From positions 32,001-96,000 of IMG/VR virus record IMGVR_UViG_2922690425_000004: a stretch of 64,000 nt of DNA; one strand, given 5' to 3'. A program made the position numbers and the translations under genes. Positions 20,094-28,818 of the stretch are shown piece by piece. The stretch is from a virus (taxonomy: Duplodnaviria > Caudoviricetes). Within the stretch, counting starts at the first letter, position 1. Each line of letters starts with the position of its first letter. The notes below the pieces were generated by a model that was not told the DNA's origin, did not search any database, and saw nothing but the letters and a program-made list of their open reading frames with translations.

Positions 20094-22655
20094 TTAAAAG
20101 TGTGGAGTTTTTTTAAAAGCCATTAAGAATTTATCTTTTTGGGCTTTATAGATAATGTTCAACATTCTTGATGAAATTTTATCCTTCTTGTGTTTAGATA
20201 TTTTCAATAGTAGGGAGTACATAGTATCTTGACTTACTTTTAGTTTATCGATGTAAAACTTATAATACTTTAATATTTCATCAATGTTTTCGTCGCGTTC
20301 TTCGTCGGATAGTGAATTATTATATACACCAGCAACCTTCATACACATGTCATCTATGTACTTAATAATTTTAGCTTGTTGCTTTCGATCTCCAGCTTTG
20401 AGGTTATGTTTGACTAGCATATCTTTAAAATCTACACTCTTTCTGTGACTTGCTTTATCAACCTCGTCCATTTCGTTAAAAAGGAAATCCATTGGGCATA
20501 GATACTCCGAAGTACTAATAGCCTTATTCTGGCTTACGTATTTCCAGAATAGAGGCTTCTCCTTTTTCAACTCTTTCGTCTTTGCAACAAAATCAATTTC
20601 TTTCTTTATGTCTATCTCAAACATTTTTTTTGCCAAATCAATACATATACCTGAGAGAACAGTGACAACATCAATTTTTTTCATTAATTCTGATAGTTCA
20701 GATTCACTATGCCCATTATTTAGTCTATCCCAATAAGTAGACATACATAGCTGACCAACATTAACTGTACGTCCTATGTATTTTTGACTTTTCGAAAGTT
20801 CTTTGTCAATCAACGACATATCGTAATTACAAACACGGTATTCCTTTTTGCTACTTTCAACTTTATTTATGCATACTCTGTAATTACCAAATAACTTTTT
20901 ACTGATTTTTAACAGATTATCGTCATCAATTAAAAGGACTGTATCGCTATCGTAATCGCATCCTGAGAGTATATCTTGTATAGGGAACCCAATAGCATTC
21001 ACACAGACGATATTATCAGTTAAATTAAAATATTTATCGATGTCGTTTACAAATATGTTTTTGGCAACTAAAACGTTACTTGGACTGGTATGCGGATTCC
21101 TGAATCCTGTAACCTCTTTTAGTCCGAACATGGTAGTATGTATCTCATTTTCCTTCAGAGATGGATTGTTTAAATCCAACTGACCTATAGCATGTGCAAG
21201 AAACTCCATTGGGTTACCCAACATAACTAGGTAGTCACCATGCATCCTAATCTTACCCCTCTTGATATGGTTTACATGTGCGTTTATTGTTTCAGTTCTA
21301 AACTTACGAAACATCTTTGTACCGACTATATCTCTATTTCGATAATATAAATCTACAAACATGTCATTGCTGTTGATTTCGTTTGCTGATTCTTTAATAA
21401 ATTCAATGAAATAGTTATCGTCATTTTTTAGTTTTTCTATGATTTGCTTATCGAAATCGGAAAAATTCTTGATGTCATCCCTAGTTATCGGTAAAGAATT
21501 GAGCATTTGATAGCTCGTTTGTTGAAGTATGTTCCCAAAATCATCGAAGCCACGCTTGGATTTTTTTTCGTGCTTACAAACACCGAAGGAATAATTGTTG
21601 TCTGTGACAATTTGTTTCCAGTGTTCCCACATAGCCAATTCCGAACCTAGTAGACTACTAAACTTCAAAGCTTTTAGGCTGGTAGGTGTAATAATCAAAT
21701 GAACATCTTTTGCTGGAATATTTAATCCAAACATATTAGTCAGTGTCCAGGCACTATAATCGATATTATCTGGGCATCGAGATTTTAAGTATTCTTGAAT
21801 ATTACAATTGAATGCGGCGCTCTTAAACATATGATTCCTTAGAAGCATCATACCTTTATTATTCTTAAAGTATCGGCTATCCAGTAAAGACTCACCGTCG
21901 AATAGACTATTTTTAATTACCGACTCGTCGGTGAAGCTATTCAAATAGCCATTAGTATCTGTACGAACAACATTGCAAGTTTTAGCGAATTTACTTTCAA
22001 CATCAGTAATGATCAGGATGTTTTTAGGGTTAATTGTAATTATATCTTCAAGAGAAGAACCAACTAAACTTTCATATGCTAAGAGAGAAGGATAATCCAC
22101 AGAAACAGAGGTTTCTGTAAAGTTTAAATTCATGCGGCTCCAAGAAATCATCGGAATGTATAGATCTTCTTTGATAAACAGACACTGCCCAATCCTGCTT
22201 TTAGCGCTTGATCTTTTATATACAACATATTTTACATCGTTGTAAATAAAGCCTTCAGTGTAAAGTTTTGTTCGTAAGTTTTCATTTGATAGATCTTGCC
22301 ATTTTTCAGAATTAATTTCGGATTTTATATTATGTATAAAGTCATTTAACTTCTGCTTGTAATCTAGTTTGTCATTCTCCATGGAAATTAGCTTTGAATT
22401 CAATCCCTTGATTATTTCTTTGCCTGATTTGACCTTTTGCTTAAATTTAACATTAATAATATCTAAAGATAACAGCTTGTCATTTGTTTTCTTCTTTGAT
22501 GTTCTTAAACCTATACTAATGAGTCTATTTAATTCTAAACTGCTTGGAATCATGCCTACGTAGTTTAAATCTAGGTTACGACCCCTAAACATATAATTGT
22601 ATATATCGCTTCCTTCGACAGAAGGAATATATACTGGTTTGTGTAATTCATTCAA
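20094..22655 (-). CDS. yonO: YonO-type single-subunit DNA-dependent RNA polymerase
   Basis: YKRSSAKSRIGQC, LRNHMFKSAAF, FRNPH and catalytic GCDYDSD motifs; 853 aa. Confidence 0.9.
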   Translation of the reverse strand: MNELHKPVYIPSVEGSDIYNYMFRGRNLDLNYVGMIPSSLELNRLISIGLRTSKKKTNDKLLSLDIINVKFKQKVKSGKEIIKGLNSKLISMENDKLDYKQKLNDFIHNIKSEINSEKWQDLSNENLRTKLYTEGFIYNDVKYVVYKRSSAKSRIGQCLFIKEDLYIPMISWSRMNLNFTETSVSVDYPSLLAYESLVGSSLEDIITINPKNILIITDVESKFAKTCNVVRTDTNGYLNSFTDESVIKNSLFDGESLLDSRYFKNNKGMMLLRNHMFKSAAFNCNIQEYLKSRCPDNIDYSAWTLTNMFGLNIPAKDVHLIITPTSLKALKFSSLLGSELAMWEHWKQIVTDNNYSFGVCKHEKKSKRGFDDFGNILQQTSYQMLNSLPITRDDIKNFSDFDKQIIEKLKNDDNYFIEFIKESANEINSNDMFVDLYYRNRDIVGTKMFRKFRTETINAHVNHIKRGKIRMHGDYLVMLGNPMEFLAHAIGQLDLNNPSLKENEIHTTMFGLKEVTGFRNPHTSPSNVLVAKNIFVNDIDKYFNLTDNIVCVNAIGFPIQDILSGCDYDSDTVLLIDDDNLLKISKKLFGNYRVCINKVESSKKEYRVCNYDMSLIDKELSKSQKYIGRTVNVGQLCMSTYWDRLNNGHSESELSELMKKIDVVTVLSGICIDLAKKMFEIDIKKEIDFVAKTKELKKEKPLFWKYVSQNKAISTSEYLCPMDFLFNEMDEVDKASHRKSVDFKDMLVKHNLKAGDRKQQAKIIKYIDDMCMKVAGVYNNSLSDEERDENIDEILKYYKFYIDKLKVSQDTMYSLLLKISKHKKDKISSRMLNIIYKAQKDKFLMAFKKTPHF

Positions 22656-22705
22656 ACAATTAATCCTCCAATACGAAAAACATACTAATTTATATGTATT
22701 CTTAT

Positions 22706-22948
22706 TTAATTTTGATTTATCTTGCTGGAACCAATGATTTCTATGGGTTTGTGGGGCTGTCTGTAATATTTTTTATGGGCTTCGTTTTTTAACCAAATTA
22801 CTTCATCATCAATATATGTATAATCTACTTCTTCAATTTCTGTATTCAGTGAAACATCCCTGTCATCAAAGTAATCTAGTTCAAAACCATCATAATATCT
22901 ATCCTCCCAAGTGATAATTGAATGATTCCCTTTATTCATTTTTGGCAT
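22706..22948 (-). CDS. Small acidic protein upstream of yonO (yonP position)
   Basis: 80 aa with RBS; positional analogy only. Confidence 0.5.
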   Translation of the reverse strand: MPKMNKGNHSIITWEDRYYDGFELDYFDDRDVSLNTEIEEVDYTYIDDEVIWLKNEAHKKYYRQPHKPIEIIGSSKINQN

Positions 22949-23120
22949 TATGTACTTATTTCCCCTTGTTTATTTATTTTGTTTTTCCAGAGATAGTTGG
23001 TCTCTGCATTAACAATATATCATCTTCTATCATTACCGTCAACAATACATATTATTTAATTATATTTACTTATTGAAAAGAGAATAGTATAATAGAAACA
23101 AGAGAAAGGAGCTGCATAAT

Positions 23121-24170
23121 ATGAGTGCATCGCTAAATAATAATTTGGTTGGATTACATACAAAAAGTGTAAATGAAGACATTGAAACTCATTTGAATAG
23201 TTTCGAAAGTAGATTTACTTCAAACACTTATAGAAATAGATTGGTTAAATTCTTTATGTGGTACAGAGGTAAAAATCTAGCTTCATTAAAAGAAGATGAC
23301 TTGCAGATTAGAAATGCTGATATTCTAAGATATCGTAACTTTTTAAAAGAATTAATAGACGAAGAAGGAAAGAGATTCTATACAAACACTACAATCAATA
23401 ATTTCATTGCAGCGATACAAAGCCTATATACATTTCTCGAAAAAAATGACTACAATGTAAAAGCAATTGTGACTCAAATAAAGCCATTATCTGATGATTC
23501 CGAACAATGCGGTAGACTCTATACTCATGAAGCTGAACAGATGGCTGTGATTGCCGAAGGGACAGTAAAAGGTGTCGAAAAATCAGCATTGATTCGCATG
23601 GCATACACAACGAGTTTTCGTAAAGGATCACTATTAAATCTTCAATGGGCAGATATAATCAAAACTGAATCTCATGATTACTATGAGGTAAATATTATAG
23701 GGAAAGGTGGGAAGAAACATGTAATGCCAATCTCTTCAGATCTATATGATTATCTACTAAAAATAAAGGAACAACCATACTATAAAAGATACAATGATAA
23801 TAAAATATTTCATTTAGGCACAAAAACAATTCAAAATATGATGGATTATCTAAAAAACGAACTGAAAATACCAAAAGAAAGAAACGTTGTGTTCCATAGT
23901 TTTCGGAATGTTGCTAGTATGTATGGAACACTAGAAGAAGCAAAAGAACACTACAATCATTCTAGTTACAATGTTACGGAACGTTACAGACATAAAGACA
24001 ATGATTTAAGTAATAGCCTCAGTTTACGTATCGGCAATCAAATCGACGATTCAATATTTGATGAATTGACAAAAGAAGAATTGATTGAGATTATTCTAAA
24101 TCAGCACGAAGGAGCAGTATTCCAAATGAAGAGGGAAGCCAAAAAAATAAAAGAAGGGAAGACAGAGTAA
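23121..24170 (+). CDS. yopP: Tyrosine recombinase, YopP/SroD-like
   Basis: SFR, GKGGK, FHSFR and NHSSYNVTERY give the full R-K-H-R-H-Y set. Confidence 0.8.
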   Translation: MSASLNNNLVGLHTKSVNEDIETHLNSFESRFTSNTYRNRLVKFFMWYRGKNLASLKEDDLQIRNADILRYRNFLKELIDEEGKRFYTNTTINNFIAAIQSLYTFLEKNDYNVKAIVTQIKPLSDDSEQCGRLYTHEAEQMAVIAEGTVKGVEKSALIRMAYTTSFRKGSLLNLQWADIIKTESHDYYEVNIIGKGGKKHVMPISSDLYDYLLKIKEQPYYKRYNDNKIFHLGTKTIQNMMDYLKNELKIPKERNVVFHSFRNVASMYGTLEEAKEHYNHSSYNVTERYRHKDNDLSNSLSLRIGNQIDDSIFDELTKEELIEIILNQHEGAVFQMKREAKKIKEGKTE

Positions 24171-24179
24171 AGTCTGTGG

Positions 24180-24881
24180 ATGAATAAATCAAATATGGAC
24201 GAAAATAAAAACATAAAACAAAAGCGGAACAAACAATCTATTCATTTACCAACTAGTACTGTTAGAGACCCAAACATAAATGCGAATGACTTTTGTTTGA
24301 TTCTTTATCTTAAGTACTTAACGTGGAGGAGCGGAAACAGATACGAGTTTGATGTTTCTTTGTCTGAGTTGAAACAATTTTTGAATATTCAGGACAATAA
24401 AACACTCAAGTCTTCTTTTAATAATATTTTTAGAGAAGACTATATAACAAGAGAGATAAAAAAGATTCTACCCAATAACCCAATAAGGTTCTTTCTAAAC
24501 CAGAAGAAGTTTGATACCGACAGCAATTTAGACGAAAAGTTTTTTACATATCTTCCAATCAACATTTTATACGGAATGAAAAATCGGAAATTGGATAGAA
24601 AAGAAGTACGAATCCTTTATTATATTAAAAGCTATATTAATTACTCTGATCCTAAGAAGGAGTATTGCTTCACTGGTATAGAGAAGACAATGGTTACAGA
24701 ATTAAATATGGGCAAAAATACGATTCCAAAGTACACTGACATGTTAGTAAAAAAGAATTTGATTCGCATTGAAAAAAACAAACTTGAAACAAGCTATCAA
24801 TATGATGAGGAAGGAAATTTGATATTCACAAGATACAACAACCATTATTATCTGGATTTTAATAACATTGATAAACTATAG
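24180..24881 (+). CDS. Putative replication initiator (tandem winged-helix)
   Basis: Two wHTH-like halves (ILYLKY; ILYYIKSY...YCFTG...LVKKNLI); iterons directly downstream. Confidence 0.55.
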   Translation: MNKSNMDENKNIKQKRNKQSIHLPTSTVRDPNINANDFCLILYLKYLTWRSGNRYEFDVSLSELKQFLNIQDNKTLKSSFNNIFREDYITREIKKILPNNPIRFFLNQKKFDTDSNLDEKFFTYLPINILYGMKNRKLDRKEVRILYYIKSYINYSDPKKEYCFTGIEKTMVTELNMGKNTIPKYTDMLVKKNLIRIEKNKLETSYQYDEEGNLIFTRYNNHYYLDFNNIDKL

Positions 24882-24893
24882 AAATTTACCTAG

Positions 24894-24991
24894 TCCCAAT
24901 TTATCCAAGTATCACTCCCAAAACATCCAAAATCTACTCCCAATTTATCCAACATCCACTCCCTATTCCTCCGGGAGAAATAGGGGACTAG
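24894..24991 (+). repeat. 22-bp iteron array, putative origin
   Basis: TCCCAATTTATCCAA-type units start at 24894, 24916, 24938 and 24960, bracketed by CTAGTCCC/GGGACTAG and followed by an AT-rich tract. Confidence 0.7.
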
Positions 24992-26163
24992 TAATTAAGT
25001 TAATATATAATAGATAATAGATAAGTATATACAGTATTTAGAGATGGTTTCGCTACGCTTACCCAGCTCTTGGATTCTGATTTTTTTGGTGGTTGGGGGA
25101 TAATGATATTTCTTGTTGATATATTAGGTTGATTAGCAATTAAAAATTGGTGGAAGTAAAAGTTTGAGGTTAATCTGTATAAGGGGATGGTTGTGTTTTT
25201 AACTTAGACGTTTCAAGACCCAAGTTTAATCTACCTTTAAATATTTGTTAGGGAATACATATTATATAGGATATAAGACATTCTGAGATGGATGTCTTTT
25301 TTGTTGTCTGAGAAGCAGCTCAATCGTGATAGCAAATTATCTTGATCGTAAAAACGAAAAAATTGATAAAATTCCAATTAAGATAAAGATTTTGGTGTAA
25401 GTTATGTTTGATGTTACAAGTTGAATCGTAAAAGTATGGGCGTATAAAGAGTTTTTTGATAAATTTTAATTAGAAATAGTAAAAAATAGGATGGTTACAC
25501 AATTGTAATAAGAACTAAAACATAAATAAAGAAAGGTGATTTGCGATTGCATTTACGATTGAAATGAGAAGAAAAAACGTGTAAAAAGTTACAAAATATT
25601 AATATATTATAAAGGTGAAAAAATAAGTTGAGTGTGTGATTGGAAGTGTTACAGCATAATTTGTAAATTTTAGGTGGTGTCTGGATGTAAACTATCCCCC
25701 CTTATACCTCCATAGATACCATATAAGTATAGTTATGTAGTATCTATGTTTGAACATGAAGGGCTGATAGAGTGGTCGAGGTTGAGCTTGTCAAGTTAAA
25801 TGAAATTGTAAAAAAAATACTAAATAATATGTTTTGAATTTGAAATTTCTGGTCGGGTGATTTGGGTAGTTGGGAGAGCGATGAACCGTTGTAATCGCTA
25901 GTCAACGCGATTGACAATGTGCTAGACTTAAAACTAATCACATTAGTCTATAAACTATCACCATTAACATTAAAACTAAAACTCTCATAACATATATAAT
26001 ATCTTCTCTAATTGTCTACTATACTCACTCCATCAATTATCCTATCGCCATTGACCTGATCCAATAAACAAAAATAAATAAATCACACAAAACTATATAC
26101 AAAATAGTGGACTTATGCTATAATAATATATGTAAGGGATACACGCCGAAAGGTGGTGACACC

Positions 26164-26355
26164 ATGCTAGAATACATACCTTACATTGCTCTAATCATAA
26201 ACTTTCTCGGTTTTGCGCTTCGGGTTCTCAAATTCATCTTTGATGAAAAACGGGCAAGACGCAAAGAGGAAACAGAACGATTAGACAAGCTTAAAGAAGC
26301 TGAAAATGAAAAGAGTGCATTTCCTCCGAGAAAGGAAACACACTCAAAGCATTGA
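26164..26355 (+). CDS. Putative type I toxin (YonT-like)
   Basis: 63 aa from MLEYIPY; one N-terminal TM helix and a charged tail; AGGTGG RBS; TG-TATAAT promoter. Confidence 0.6.
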   Translation: MLEYIPYIALIINFLGFALRVLKFIFDEKRARRKEETERLDKLKEAENEKSAFPPRKETHSKH

Positions 26356-26402
26356 AGCTTCACAAAGACTAGGGGAATCGAAAGTTGATTCCCTTAGAAC
26401 AC
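26303..26402 (-). ncRNA. Putative antisense antitoxin RNA (SR6-like, about 100 nt)
   Basis: Minus-strand TTGCCT(26437-32)-17-TG-TATTAT(26414-09) promoter; hairpin 26313-26345 plus U-tract terminator. Confidence 0.6.
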
Positions 26403-26457
26403 AATTACATAATAGCATAATCATTGACTATAGGCAACGAAAGGGAGGGAATTGACT

Positions 26458-26628
26458 ATGAAGCGATTTATTAAACGTATACCATCAAATGTATTGTTTA
26501 TTATCTGTGGCATTGCATCTTTATTTATTGAGTACCCTAATTCAATAAGATTTGTTGCTTGGATATTAGCGGCTTTAATGATCGCATGGGGTGTGTTGGA
26601 CATAATAAGAGATAGAAATAATAAATAA
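26458..26628 (+). CDS. Small membrane protein (56 aa)
   Basis: Hand translation MKRFIKRIPSNVLFIICGIASLFIEYPNSIRFVAWILAALMIAWGVLDIIRDRNNK; GGGAGG RBS. Confidence 0.55.
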   Translation: MKRFIKRIPSNVLFIICGIASLFIEYPNSIRFVAWILAALMIAWGVLDIIRDRNNK

Positions 26629-26876
26629 TTAAAAAGTAATAAATAAATGTGATATTCTAAACCAATATCGAATTGCCATTCTTATCCGCATCTTATGGTA
26701 CATTATAGCTATCACTATTGATTGGATGGGATCTGATGAATGATGATACATTGAAGAACTTAGAAATACCTCCTAAACTACAAGAACATTTGAATTTAAT
26801 AAAAAAGGTTATGGATAGCAATAATTGCAATAGTTGCGCTCTTTAATATATCATTCGTAGATAATATACACAAACA

Positions 26877-26907
26877 AGCCTAGATGAATTATGTCTAGGC
26901 TCTTTTT
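26877..26907 (+). terminator. Terminator between convergent units
   Basis: AGCCTAGA...TCTAGGCT followed by CTTTTT. Confidence 0.6.
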
Positions 26908-26937
26908 GTGCTTTTTAGGATCATACAAGCGATCTAT

Positions 26938-27156
26938 TTATTCGCCATCCTTGTCCGATTCCTCAACTGTAAATAACTCTTCTACGCTTATTCCTAATGC
27001 TCTAGCCACTGCAAACAAATTATTTATATTATGCTGCTCTGACTTATCGAACCGCGATATATAAGGCTGAGGGACTCCTGCATCTACTGCTAATTGAGAT
27101 TGCTTTATGTCTCTCTCTTTGATTATTTCTCTTAGTTTACCTTTGTATTTGAGCAT
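26938..27156 (-). CDS. XRE-family HTH regulator
   Basis: QSQLAVDAGVPQPYISRF...VARALGISVEELF. Confidence 0.85.
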   Translation of the reverse strand: MLKYKGKLREIIKERDIKQSQLAVDAGVPQPYISRFDKSEQHNINNLFAVARALGISVEELFTVEESDKDGE

Positions 27157-27187
27157 TATAATATCTCCTTTAACGTGGTTACTACAG

Positions 27188-27249
27188 TATACAATATTGA
27201 ATAAATAATTGGAAATATATTGACTACTGAATATACAATATTGTATAAT
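27188..27249. promoter_or_regulatory. Twin palindromic operators in a divergent promoter
   Basis: TATACAATATTGAATA at 27188-27203 and TATACAATATTGTATA at 27232-27247; the second overlaps the -10 of TTGACT-18-TATAAT. Confidence 0.6.
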
Positions 27250-27576
27250 ATAAATATAAAAGTTGTACTAAAGGAGAAAGATTAAATGAAGCATATAAGA
27301 GTAGTCAAACAAAACGGATCAACAATCATACATAAACTTGGAACTGACTTAGACATTCTTGAACTATCAACAGCGTTTCAAATGGATAGAGTTGAGTACC
27401 AAGGTGAGCATGTCTACATACATTTGAAAGGATGATATGTTGATGAAATGGAGAATGAAAGATAAAGTGTCATTGTTGTTAAGTGTTTCGTTATGGGTTG
27501 TTGTAATAGTGAAAATTTATTACTAAATCAATATATAAGAATAATTAATATTGTTCCACGTGAAACGTAAGGAAGG

Positions 27577-27840
27577 ATGTGTTTACGGATGAAAGAAACT
27601 ATTTCTAATAAATTAATTGTCGAAGCATTGAACGCTGCTACACATGCAACCGGAATCATATACAAGGAACATACATCATTTGAACTCAGACGTGTAATGT
27701 TGGAGCTAGCTGAAAATGGAGCTTGCGATAGTGAATATGAAGGTGATGGTTATTTTACAATTGGATTAGTTGATACTATTCATATTAGTGAAATGTCGGA
27801 CATTTTCATAGCTAAGAATATGATTAAAAATTATTCATAA
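27577..27840 (+). CDS. Hypothetical protein
   Basis: 87-aa ORF followed by terminator CCGTCT-AAA-AGACGG plus T-tract (27855-27877). Confidence 0.5.
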   Translation: MCLRMKETISNKLIVEALNAATHATGIIYKEHTSFELRRVMLELAENGACDSEYEGDGYFTIGLVDTIHISEMSDIFIAKNMIKNYS

Positions 27841-28079
27841 CACCTACTTTTAACCCGTCTAAAAGACGGTTTTTTTATTACTTTAATATACAAAAATAAT
27901 TAAATATATTGATATGATGATCCGTTTATGCTATAATAAATACATAAAGAACAAGAGATAACGAGGTGAAAACATAATGAGTCAATCAAAATTAGCAATA
28001 ATAAAAAGCCAATGGCAACGCAGGCAAATCTTAAAAAGTCAAACTGTATTCGGACATTTGGTATTAAGATAATAATTCA

Positions 28080-28751
28080 TTGTTAAAAATAAATAAAAAA
28101 CAAAAGGTGGTTGTTCAAATGGGAAACATTAATAGTATGAACATGGTAGAAAAATTAGACTGGCTTTCTGAATCCTTAGCAACTGCAATTACAAATGTTG
28201 CATATACTTCTTGGAAGCACTTGAGTGATGAACAAAAAGAGCTGGTAAAAGTGGCATTTCATAAAGATCTGGAATCCAATAATATCGAAGTTACCGATGA
28301 ACTTATTAAAGCTGTAAAGGCTGAGTTTACAGGATCACCTATGACTTCGATGTTAGCTGAATACATAAGTAAATTTGCAAAGGTTGCTAAACAACTTAAA
28401 CCAGAACAAAAAGCAACTGTAATCAAATTTGATGAGTTCGGCTTTCCTATGGTTCTTCATACAGTTATCAAAGGTTCTCTGATTGAACCATATGCACAAT
28501 ATAGTGATTCACTTGTAATTGCTCATAAGCCCAAACAAAGACGCAAAGTATGGGAAACAAGGGTTTTGCCATATGAGGAACTAATGATATATGACGGATG
28601 GGTTGATATTGTTACTGACAAAGTAATGCACAATATAATTAAGTCAGATGAACATGTAACAGTTAAACAATCTAAATATAGATGTTTTGATAAGAATTTT
28701 CTGAGTGACATAAAAGGTTTAATTAATCAGCAGCCTGTAATAATAATTTAA
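28080..28751 (+). CDS. Hypothetical phage protein
   Basis: 223-aa ORF; likely start at MGNIN after AGGTGG. Confidence 0.6.
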   Translation: MLKINKKQKVVVQMGNINSMNMVEKLDWLSESLATAITNVAYTSWKHLSDEQKELVKVAFHKDLESNNIEVTDELIKAVKAEFTGSPMTSMLAEYISKFAKVAKQLKPEQKATVIKFDEFGFPMVLHTVIKGSLIEPYAQYSDSLVIAHKPKQRRKVWETRVLPYEELMIYDGWVDIVTDKVMHNIIKSDEHVTVKQSKYRCFDKNFLSDIKGLINQQPVIII

Positions 28752-28818
28752 ATGACAAGCAAATTCCTATATACAAAAATAAATAAATATGTTATAATAA
28801 TATTATAAATAAGAAGAG

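Noticed and set aside
24894-24991. CRISPR-like repeat array
   Set aside because: Only about 7 variable nt between units, 22-bp period, no cas genes; fits iterons.
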